A stretch of 64,000 nucleotides of DNA from Macrostomum lignano (taxonomy: Eukaryota). The position numbers were made by a program, and so were the translations under genes. How positions within the stretch are numbered: the first letter of the stretch is position 1; each line of letters begins with the position of its first letter. The notes under the pieces are model-generated. The model saw only the letters and a program-made list of their open reading frames with translations, did not search any database and was not told the DNA's origin. The stretch lies in assembly GCA_002269645.1 (NCBI GenBank), contig NIVC01000209.1:1-64000 (forward strand). Reading direction: 5' to 3'. Positions 9,280 through 19,001 of the stretch are shown one piece after another.

Positions 9280-12200
9280 CTAGCTTGCGATGCTCGAGCA
9301 AAAAGACAACTTGTTTTGCGAACTGAAGCGTCGCTGCTGAACGTAGTAGAGGCTTCTCTCGTTAACAGTTCTTACATACTCAGTATGCTTAATCTGTCGG
9401 GCAACCGTCTTCGTCACCCCCTTGCAGCGCGACAGTTGTTGCACAACTTCATTGGCCCTCAAAAAAGAGTAGTTCTTGGGCCGCAGAAACGCCAGCTCGA
9501 TAGCCAGCTGCCCGCCGAATTCATCCTTCCACGCCATCAGCCGACCCTTGTGTCTGTCAGAGTAGAGAGGATGGGTCTTCGGGTAGTTGCTGGTGTCCAA
9601 AAGGCCTTGCTGCACAAAGTCCTTAAAAATAGTGTCGTACGGGGTTTCTCCCGACTTGCGCATCACCAGGGCCATCATCAGGCTGTCGGTATCGCCAGCG
9701 AGGACGCGCGCGCACTCCAGAGAGCTGTGCGCCTGAACATGACTGTAATAAAAGTCATAGACAATTGTCTTAGCAATATCGAGAATTGCGGCGCCAATGA
9801 TGATCGGCTTGTTTAGCGTAACTTTTCTTGGAGCGAGATTAACTCCCGCGAGATTTTCAGAGTAGATTACAACATCTTGGAAGCGTTCCAACTGACCAGC
9901 GTCTCCAGCTTCTCTGGGTCGGAGCACATTCGAAAGTTCATCCGGTCGCGCACGCGCTGAAGAAACTTCCCGAAGAGCGAATTGTTGAGTAACTTAAAAA
10001 AATCTTTTTCGAAATCCCCCGTGGCCGCTTTCCGCCTCTCAATGTTGCGCTCGATGTAAGAGCGCAAGATCGAGCGTTCGGTGAAGACAAGCACTCGGCG
10101 AATTCGTGTCACGCGCAGTCCCAACTCCAGATAGAGGCGCAGAGCTCTGTAGTGCACCGCGTAGTTTTTTTGTGCACCAGCGAAGCGATTAGCTTTTTCG
10201 TAGGGCTTTTGAATGGGCTGACCTCCTCGTATGAGGTTGCGTTAGCGCTGCGATTTGGATTCATCTGCCGCTGTAGTAGTAGCCAGTCTTGTCGCTGAGT
10301 TCTTGTCAGCCGGCTCTCAGTCACAGTTTCGTGACCTAAAGCCAAGGGCAAATCATCAGCAGTGGAGTCGTGCAGAAAATTTGGATAGTAGAGATCCACC
10401 GTGAACAGGGCGCCCCGGTCTGCCGAACAGAAATTACAAATCCAGTCCAGCAGCTTGCTCCTCACTGATGGATCCTCGAGTTCATCGGCGGACAGTCCAT
10501 TGTCGCACGGAACGGACCGGATTTCTTGCAAAGTCATCCACTTGAAATCAGCACAAGGCATGGGATGAACCATGCATGCTGAATAGAGTGAATTGGCATC
10601 CAGATAAACAAGAAAAGTGTTTGCCGGAGCGTTTTTCCGCAACTGCACAAACTCCGGTTCTTTCTCGTCAAGCTGGCAGCGGAAAGGTTCTACAAGCGGA
10701 TTGTTTGCAGTGGTCAGGTGCCGTGTACCAAAACTGAAGCCGCCACGGTACATGTCCGCATCAGTGACTAACTGAATAGGCTCCTGAAGAGTTAGTAGGC
10801 AGCTGGCGAGGCTGTACATTGGCGCGCCCAAATAGTGGGCCGGGTCAATGCTGTATTCCTCCAGGCCGGTTTTACGGAAAGCCTCGAACACATCCGCCAG
10901 AAGCAGCACGTCCAAAGACAGGTATGCTGTTGTGTAGTCCCGCAGGCTGCGGCAACCGAATTCTTGCCAGCTTTTTTCGGCCCGGGCGTAGTCCTCGAGC
11001 GAGCAGGGCTCCTCTCTCAGGTGGTCAAAAAACGCCTCTCTGGGTGGGAGACGCGTAACTGAATCCATTTTCTCAAAAGAATCCGCAAATGAGTACGGAT
11101 AGACTCCTTTTTGCAACAGAGTCGTTTCGCTCAGGCCTGGATAGAACTTTAGAAGCTCCTTTGTACAGATGAGTTGATCTGGTTGAAGACGTCCTGCCAG
11201 GCTCGCCAGGCTTGACGGTAAATAGGCAAATGTGTCTTTGAAACAAATTTCAAACCACGCCTCGTCAATGCCGTCCGTGCTGGTGCTGCCTCCCTGCAGT
11301 CGAAACTTAATGGAAAATGTCTTAAACTGCTCACGGTTTTCCGGCAAGACATTCAGCCGAATGTCCTTGCTGGTGCCCGAGAAAGTCTCGTAGATCTCTC
11401 GAATGATAAATTTCGAATCGAAATTTTTCAGGTTATGCATAAAAACTGTTATTTTTCGGCGTTGTAAACTTAGTTTTCGATTGCAAGAGCGGCATAAAAC
11501 AGCACGAGGACGGCCTGTCAAATGACAGTGGTCCAAAACAGCTTGATCTTCTTCTTCTCCGGGTCCGAACTCCCGCAGACACAACTGGCAATTTGTCGCT
11601 GCCTCCAGCACTAGTCTTCGTGCGGGAAGAAACTTTCTCATCAGTGGTTTGTGGAGTTCTAGCCGTCCATAGTGCATGATTTCCGAAGCTAGTTGGCGTA
11701 ATTTTAGAAGAAACTGGCTCACGCAATTGGGCCCGACCGAGCACGGACTAGAATACAGCACCTCACACGGCTTTCCAGCACAATATGAAGGCAGCTTGCT
11801 TTTGAAGTCTTGCGGCTGGGTAACCAATCTGTAGCCCAGGCAGAGTGGTACGAGTACTTCTCGTACAATGCCGCTACCGAGTTTGGGAACCGGGTGACCG
11901 GCCGCAGCCGCCTGTTCCGGACTCATTGCAATCGTTTCTAGATCTGAATAAATAACAAATAAAGCAGGTAGTCGCGTCTCATCGGCTGTGAAGCGCACAA
12001 AAGCCTCCTCTTGAGCTGGCATTTCTTCACGCGAAACAAAGCGGATCTCGCGGAACTGACCCTCTGGTTCAGACTGCCATACACAGCCCCTTGGTTGAGC
12101 TGCAGGCTCGGTTGGAGGCACGGACGTGCCAGTACAGCAGTGCTCGTTCAAGATGAAGTCCCAGGACACAGTGTGATTAAATGGCGCTAAACAGTCGGGA

Positions 12201-12981
12201 CAGAAACGCCGTCGTCGCGTGTTAGAACTTAGCAGGCTTTGCAAATTCTTGATTGCAATTGCATAGTGCCCAAACTTGAAGCTTGAATAAGGTGGTATGA
12301 ACAGGCAATTTGCCGTGTAGATAGCTTCTGGTGTTTTTTTCGAAAAAACAAGCTAGCAGATTTGCTTTCGTGATCCCAGACAAACATGCGTAAGCCAAGA
12401 GTGGGATTTTTTCTCAGAAACTTGTTGTAGCTGTGTGCATTGTGCCGTTTAGGACCGGATGGATTTCGACCGAAATCGAAAACTTGCAACCATCGCTTGT
12501 AGCTGGCTCGTCTAGCCGGTCGGGGCACATCTTTTTGAAAGACGCTTGCTACTACAGCATAGCAAAAACAATCCTGCTGGTTCGCATTGTTGGGTTTTAG
12601 AAGCAGCACAGATCCAGCTTTTCTCGCCAGTGACAGCGGAATTTTGAAAGGTGTGGCCGCCGCCGCCGCCGCCGCCGCCGCGGGTGTTCCAGCTCCTGCA
12701 CCGCGCTGTACAGACGCTCTCGCACGAGAGCGTCTGTACAGGGCGAGTAAAAAATCAACCTGTTCCACCGCCTCGAGATGCCAATTGCTGCCTTGTTTTT
12801 GAAAATTTTCCAGTCGAGTGACAAGATCACCAACAGCGCGCAAAAACCACTGGTTAAAGGCGTCGGGCGAAAGAAGAGCTCCAGCAGCAGCAGCAGCAGC
12901 AGACTCTTCGTCAATTGTTATCGTAACGATATTGGTATTGAAATAAACTGAAATCTCCTGTTGTTGCAGCGGTGGCTGGTC

Positions 12982-13014
<33 letters not shown>

Positions 13015-13287
13015 TGGGATCAGACGACTTAGCTTACACTTTAAATGAATGCAAGTTCGCATTAGTAGATCTGGCTGCAGTAACCTGCTGAAAAGTCTGT
13101 AGATCGGCTGCTGAAGTGAAGCGAGCACCTCAGAGATCCCGTTGTTGCTGTTGTTGTTGCCAGTGCCGCCAGCAGTGGGAATAAATTTTAGAAAATTAGC
13201 TCTTCCATGCAGCGCTGATTCTTCCAGAGCCGCATTCCAGCCACTAGGCGGATCGCTAATCAACGAGTTGACTGGCTCGCGAATCAA
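9280..13287 (-). CDS. pPolB: Protein-primed family B DNA polymerase with N-terminal terminal-protein region and EndoVII-like Zn module, frameshifted
   Basis: ExoI YSDLET, ExoII HNLKNFD, KGVYPY, ExoIII YLSLDVLLLADVF; Pol motifs YLDANSLY, KLLNNSLFGK, GDTDS; DHCHLTG...LCRSCN. Four ORFs: 12229-13287, 10109-12244, 9867-10157, 9280-9927. Confidence 0.95.
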
Positions 13288-13904
13288 CGATTCCAGAGGG
13301 TGAAAACAAGCACCGTGCGAATGCGCATGCAGTGCTGCCTAGGTTCCGAATCGTTTGCCGCAAACGCGGCACTGAATCCGTGCCGATTTCGTTGGCGAAT
13401 GCGCTGCAGTGCCAGCTCCGGGTTGATTTCAAGGTACACCAGGGTGCAATCCTCTCGAGGTGTAACTGTCTTTGTCTTCTTTTCTAAGACCTGCAGCTGA
13501 TTAACGAGAATTGCTTGCTGGGTACCATTCAAACGCCCTTGATGTTTTAGATGCGTTAAAAATGCATAGCAGCTGCCCAGGTGTCGGTCTGCCACAATAA
13601 ACCGATGCGTGCCTTTTGTAGCGATTTTGCGGAGCTTCATGTCGCGTCTCGCCATCTCGTGCGACACATGGACTTGAAATTCAAAAGCAGACACGTCACC
13701 ATCGTAAAACTGCTGCAGCAGATTTTGCTCCGTGTAACGGTGCTTTCGGTAGTATTCCGCCGGCTCCCGAGCAAACTCGTACCCTCCACTCCAGCATTCC
13801 AGGCGAGCCATCAGAGCCAGATTGCGGACAAGGGAAGATTTTCCGGCCCCGATTAGACCTTCGATCACGTAAGTTCGAGTCTGAGCACGGACTTGAGCGG
13901 CCAT
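13284..13904 (-). CDS. Deoxynucleoside kinase (dNK/TK2-dGK family)
   Basis: P-loop IEGLIGAGKS, REP, FEFQ, IVADRH...CYAF, and VYLEINPELALQRIRQRNR (Arg-rich lid). The C-terminus may be truncated. Confidence 0.88.
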   Translation of the reverse strand: MAAQVRAQTRTYVIEGLIGAGKSSLVRNLALMARLECWSGGYEFAREPAEYYRKHRYTEQNLLQQFYDGDVSAFEFQVHVSHEMARRDMKLRKIATKGTHRFIVADRHLGSCYAFLTHLKHQGRLNGTQQAILVNQLQVLEKKTKTVTPREDCTLVYLEINPELALQRIRQRNRHGFSAAFAANDSEPRQHCMRIRTVLVFTLWNR

Positions 13905-13920
13905 TTGCTGAAGTGAATAA

Positions 13921-14514
13921 TTAGACAGCTGCTTGGGGCAAATGTTGAAAAACCTCCAACACTTGCTTCAGTTCCTCGAGATTTTGAGGACCACAGACTA
14001 TAAATTTCCGACTAAAGAACAGGTTCAGGAACAGCCTCGGGTTGCATTGAAGCCTGCAGGAGATTGCCATAGGGAAATTTTCCTTATCCATGCTTAAACA
14101 ATAGCCGCTCTCCAACTTCAGTGTAGTGGTATCCGAAAACAGGGACTCCAGGAGCGGAGTGCGGACAGATGAATCTAGGCTTCCCGCATAAGTACTTGTC
14201 TGCACACACACAGACTCATAGTCTAAACCACCGATGCATAACTCGTTTATGAAGCACAGGCACCTTACTGCTTGGATTTTAGATTTAGCACCAAAAATTG
14301 TTACTTTCCCTTTGGGATACAGCTGAACAGAACAGCCACAAAAGCGGGTTTTAAGCATCGAAGGACGCCCACGATAGAGTTTCGCCTCCCGTCCGGTAGA
14401 AATTAGCTTAGACTTTAACAGATCCAGCTGCCCGCCTGGTGGAATGACTAGTCGAGCCCCCACAACATGTTGCAGCAGTCTCTGGAAGAGACAAGGAACA
14501 AGAAACAAACACAT
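13921..14514 (-). CDS. Divergent TATA-box-binding-protein (TBP)-like protein, intact 197 aa
   Basis: Two TBP repeats aligned by eye. Repeat 1: LQHVVG..QLDL..VQLYPKGKVTIFGAKS (cf. IQNIVA..LDL..ALIFASGKMVVTGAKS). Repeat 2: VQTSTYAG..DKENFPMAI..LNLFFSRKFIVCGPQNLEELKQVLE (cf. IQNIVGS..EPELFPGLI..LLIFVSGKIVLTGAKQREEI). Confidence 0.8.
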   Translation of the reverse strand: MCLFLVPCLFQRLLQHVVGARLVIPPGGQLDLLKSKLISTGREAKLYRGRPSMLKTRFCGCSVQLYPKGKVTIFGAKSKIQAVRCLCFINELCIGGLDYESVCVQTSTYAGSLDSSVRTPLLESLFSDTTTLKLESGYCLSMDKENFPMAISCRLQCNPRLFLNLFFSRKFIVCGPQNLEELKQVLEVFQHLPQAAV

Positions 14515-14725
14515 TTCTTAATTTCTTTTTAATCAATGAGATGTTACACGTTTATTTAACTTGTACTTCAACTTCAAATTTTGGTTAAAAACTAGCTAGC
14601 TAGCGCATAGCTTTTCTGACTAACTAGCGAAGCAAAAATCAATGGTCAAGCTAGGACCATGACAATAGTTAATTTTCTTGGGTTTGACGAAGTCACTAAA
14701 GCGTCCGCTCTAAGCTGGTGCTTTT

Positions 14726-15893
14726 TCAGGTGAAAGCGCCAAAGGGCGGCGACGAATCGCGGACCTCCACTAGGTCATCAGTTTGCTCCTCCGAGTCGTC
14801 AGAAGAAGCTGAAACCGGGCTCTGTGGAGGTCGCATTCTTGGCTTTGTGGGCGCTTTTCGCCCAGACGGACCACTCACAAGTTGCTTTACCGGCGGCTTG
14901 CAGGCCTCCATGAGGTCCTGCGCAATCGCTTCAACGATATTAGAGTCCGAGCTGGCAGCAGCATCAGCCTTCCGCTTGCGAATCCGCGGCAACTTCTTCG
15001 GCGGCGGCATCGTCCTCGGCGCATCAGCAGCAGCAGTCGATACATTTGACTTGTTTGGCTCCCGGCTGGCGGACTCGGGCACTGCGGCTCGCGGGCCATT
15101 GTTGTCCCTCTTGGCCAGGCGTAAACCTTCCATTTGGCGGGAGACTATGCGGAACATCTGCATGTCATGCACGCCTTCCATCAGCGCGGCAGAGCGAAGG
15201 GTGAATAACACCTTCCACTTGTCGTTGGCACGAGGGCGGATTAAGCAAGCTGCCTGGAAGGTTAAATGATACAGTCCCGACCGATCGAACAACTCCGGCA
15301 GCTGAGCCTCGTAGTAAATCTTGTGCGTCAGATCCGCTAAGAATGTCGCACAGGCAACATTTGCACGCAGGCCGAGCCAGCTGGGCGGGGCTGTTGTTCC
15401 GTCCTCCGGAATCTTTGCCTGGCGCACGAGTCCATGAGTGTCCCTCTGAGCCGTTAAAATTGCCTCAATCATTTTTTCGGCCGTTCTGAAAAGCAAGCGA
15501 CAGAGTTCCAAAATTGAAAAAAGTGGTTCAAAAATTAAGGAAAAGATAGTTACGTATTACAAATAACTTTAATTACCTGATGCATTCGAATGTGGTTTCA
15601 CAGAACGTTTTTGTTGCGAATGTGACACTCATGCCCTCTCGGCGCCACAGCTCCGAGCCGCTGTCCGGACTGTGGCCTTCATTTCGGGTGATGCCGCGAA
15701 AGACCTCTACCGGCTTTGTGGTCTGAAAAACGAGCGGCAGCAGCTCCCGGCATGTAGAACTGGGTCTCCAGGCCAGAGTTCGCAGTCCGTTTTCGTGTTT
15801 GTTCCACTTTTCTGCCTTGCCGAAGATAATTGCGGCATCCTTGCATTCGAGGGCCTCCTTCGAGACAATCGCAGCTTCAGGGAAGAACGCCAT
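14726..15893 (-). CDS. Two-exon orphan gene (~358 aa) with basic NLS-like segment
   Basis: Exon 1 is 15893-15577, followed by an AT-rich 91-nt intron 15576-15486 (AG|GTAATT ... TTTTCAG), then exon 2 at 15485-14726. Splicing joins both ORFs in frame (ECI-R-TAEKM). PKKLPRIRKRK motif; TATATAAG at 15940-15949. Confidence 0.68.
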
Positions 15894-16407
15894 CTCGGTC
15901 AGCCAGGTCGTTGTTGCTAGGCGGCTGTGGGACTAGTCCCTTATATAAGCCTCAGCAAATGGCATGCAGCTGTAGCCCGGATGAAAAAAACAACATTCCG
16001 CATGCTTTTACCAAAATGTCAAAGGGACAACCCGCGCCCAGATTTTTTCAAGTTTTGCATGCAAGTAGCAAGACGATAGTTTTTTCATTTTGATGGCGAA
16101 TGACAGTTGGTCTTCTAAATCCTGTAAATAGCAATGGCCTACTAATGAAAAGGGGGATGATAAATGTAGTCAAAGCTGAAACAGTTGGTGCCAAGGCTGA
16201 AAATGCCACTAGGGGAACTGTGTCAGCTGTTGTGTAACTCTGTTGTGAAGAATAAAGACGGTAAATATAGCCAATCCTAAACAAAGAACTTCACTTTCGA
16301 TATAAGCTTAGACGGCAAGGGAGCTGTATCCGAGAGGATACACTCTAAAAAGCGCAATCTCTATTGTATAGCAGTATCAATATAACTTCTTAAATTTTGT
16401 TTGAGTT

Positions 16408-17290
16408 ATGAGCGAGAATCTACATCATTTCGGACGCGCTGCTGAAGCTGTTAACGACCCTAGAGGGGCCGTTCGCGTTCGCGAAATGGACACCATATAG
16501 ATACTTTATATTTTAATAGTTCGTCGCAATTTCCGGAGTTTGACGAGTTTTCGGATGCCGACTACTTAAATGAACTATGCCGGATCCCTGAAGAGGGTAA
16601 GTTTGGTACCTGCTTGGTTATGTTTTAATTTATCCTCATTGAAATAAACATCTAGTGTTGCGACTTTCCTCCGCAGATGCCATCAGTCCTGAACCGCAGG
16701 GTGATCATGGACGCTGGGCACCGTGGACGTGGGTGTCGAGTGCGTGGACGTGGGCGAGGGCCCTGTGGAGTAATGGCGCTGCGGGCGGAGACAGCGATGT
16801 TGAATCTAGCCTTCAAAGTGATTCTGGCGAGAATGTTCGACCGGCCCCTGCGATGCTAGAGTCTCCCGTCCTGGGCGAGGGTGCCGTGGGCGGTGGAAGC
16901 GCTGTGCAATCCGACTTGGAAAGCGAGCCTTCTAGACCAAGCGAGAGCGTCGCGGGGGGCGGCAGCCATCGTGAGATTGGCTCCGTCGAGGCTCGTGTTT
17001 GTCGACAGTCACGGGATGGACCTAGCCGGAGCGAAGGCGCTATGAGCGGCGACAATCCTCGCTGGTACCCATTTCTTAACCATCGTCACGCATCTCACGT
17101 CTACGCCCGACATCGCCCTCTTGATGGGCGCGGGCATGGACGGGTGCGTAGTAACGGCGAGAATTGGGTAATCATCGCCGAAGAGCCTTCGCTTTATGGT
17201 CCATTGCGCATACTAGTTAGAGAGAATATGCCTGGTCCGCCTATTCGACGGGCGAGTTTTGACTCGGACTCGGGCCTCTGTGAATTTTAA
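16408..17290 (+). CDS. Two-exon acidic, disordered orphan gene, the only clear + strand gene of the element
   Basis: ORF 16655-17290 has an acceptor (TTCCTCCGCAG at 16676) and an upstream donor (G|GTAAGT at 16597). The phase-1 join gives QFPEFDEFSDADYLNELCRIPEE-DAISPEP. Reaching ATG 16408 needs one 2-nt correction near 16497. AATAAA at 17387. Confidence 0.55.
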
Positions 17291-18100
17291 GCATTGTGTT
17301 TACGCGCCCGCCTAATAACTAATAACGTTACAGCCGTTACAGAGAATGCAAGCCCGTTGCATTGAGCATGTGTGAATGTATGTGAAAATAAATATTAATC
17401 GTTTCAGTGTTACTTCAATGCGTTTATAATATTTGTGCTGGGGGCGGGGGTGATAAGGAAAAGTCGTAAAACCCACTGACTGCGAGAGGATGGGCTAGTG
17501 GATGAGAACGAGCCTCTAGCCAAAGAAGACGAAACGGACTAGCTGCAGTTACGACAAAACGCTTAGAAGGAATGGAATGATGCGAAAACTTGTAATTTTT
17601 GAACAAACTGGTATAGGGCGGGTGTGAGAGGCGAGCCTGGAAAAAGAAAGAAATCCAGATTTAAGACAAACCATACTAAGCTTATTTTTTCCATCTGCGG
17701 ATCAGTGCTAGTGCAACACGGTCTGAATTGGGAGGTGTTTGGTATTGGGACTTCAGCGTGGAGGCAAACATAACTGATGCAGGGTGGCAGTGACTAGTCC
17801 TAATAGCAAATTGTTTCTGAAGATGCGCATGAACATTGAAAAGACTTCCAGAAACCCCAAGTTCTGTTGTGCTATCAGAACAAAAAAGAATCAGTTGAAG
17901 CAGAATTTCCCAGCTCCCGAACACGCGCGCCTTTAGCGAAAGCGTCGAACCACATCACTATAGCAAAGCAAAAGTTAGGAATCTAGGAGAGAGTGGCCGC
18001 GAGCCTAGCAATAAAGTGGTTGGGAAAAGTGGTGGGGACGAGATTAGGCAAACGCGCCTGGGTAGGATAGAAATTCATCGTCTAGTGGCTGGGACTTCCT

Positions 18101-18218
18101 ATTGGTTTTGCTATGCAAAAACAGGCTATGCGTGTATCCCCATTGAACTAGTGCTTGGAACTTCCCATTGATTTCGCCATGTAAAAACGAGCTATGGGCG
18201 TAAAAAACGCTTACTACT
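18101..18218 (-). repeat. Right terminal inverted repeat of the Maverick
   Basis: Reverse complement of 394-510; followed by the TSD TATGTT. Confidence 0.95.
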
Positions 18219-19001
18219 TATGTTTGTGAAAAAAATCGTCAAGTCAAAACGGTGCTCGCTTGTCTCTCAGTCAGAAAGCTCCGTGCTTGTCTCCTGGCCC
18301 AACCTGCTGTCTCTGTTCTCTAGGCTTTTATCTTTGGATGTCCTTTTTAAACTTAGCATGACAACAGCCATATTTTACAAATAGCTTCGTTCGTTATTAT
18401 TAGCCGAATAATCCAAACAACTTTCTATACATGCTTCGGACCAACTATTGATGTGTGACAATTACTGTCATTAGGATTCGTATATAAGTAGTGGCAACGC
18501 AACAGGCACTTTTCAATTTAGCTTTCCATTGTTAAATTATATCTTCAATCTTATACTCAGCAACATTGAAGAGTCGCCACTCTATGAATTTCTCTTCAAG
18601 GACTATTCTGAAATCAAAGATGCGAGAAAACTGATCGGGGTCAGGTAGCTTTAATTCGCCAAGCCCTCGCACACCGCCCCCCCCCCCACTTTATTCCTCA
18701 ACTCAAGTCTGCACTTTCTTACTCTACTTGAGCAATGAGCAATCGATCACTGTATAATACTATACTGTATTGTCTGGAAACAAGGGAGTTTGAGAATGCG
18801 ATTTTTCGTCCTCAAACAAACATTAGTCCTTGAGTAAATCCCTGAATCGGAGCAAATTTTTGCTTTATTCATTCCAGCTTTATTCGCTTGTCACATGTCG
18901 AAATAGGAAAGTTTTCATAAATCTACAAACAACTGAAAACTGTAGCTCACTGCCTGTCGAGTTGTCAAACTCTATGCAGTGCTCTATGAGCCACAATAGT
19001 T

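Larger units (their letters stand above)
394..18218 (-). mobile_element. Full-length Maverick/Polinton (adintovirus-like endogenous dsDNA virus), 17,825 bp
   Basis: Starts AGTAGTAAGCG (394) and ends CGCTTACTACT (18218). Inverted repeats 394-510 and 18101-18218. Identical 6-bp flanks TATGTT at 388-393 and 18219-18224. Contains pPolB, retroviral-like integrase, capsid, ATPase and protease genes. Confidence 0.97.

Noticed and set aside
16048-16284. Small hydrophobic ORF in the Maverick intergenic region, and ORF 17682-17924
   Set aside because: Short, with no homology recognised and no clear promoter motif; cannot be supported without expression or conservation data.
16408-17290. LxCxE Rb-binding motif in the acidic orphan
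   Set aside because: The Cys-containing segments (ELCRIPEE, SGLCEF) do not fit LxCxE spacing.
394-18218. Prophage or contaminating free virus contig
   Set aside because: A perfect TSD, spliceosomal introns and continuity with host genes show a chromosomal eukaryotic insertion.
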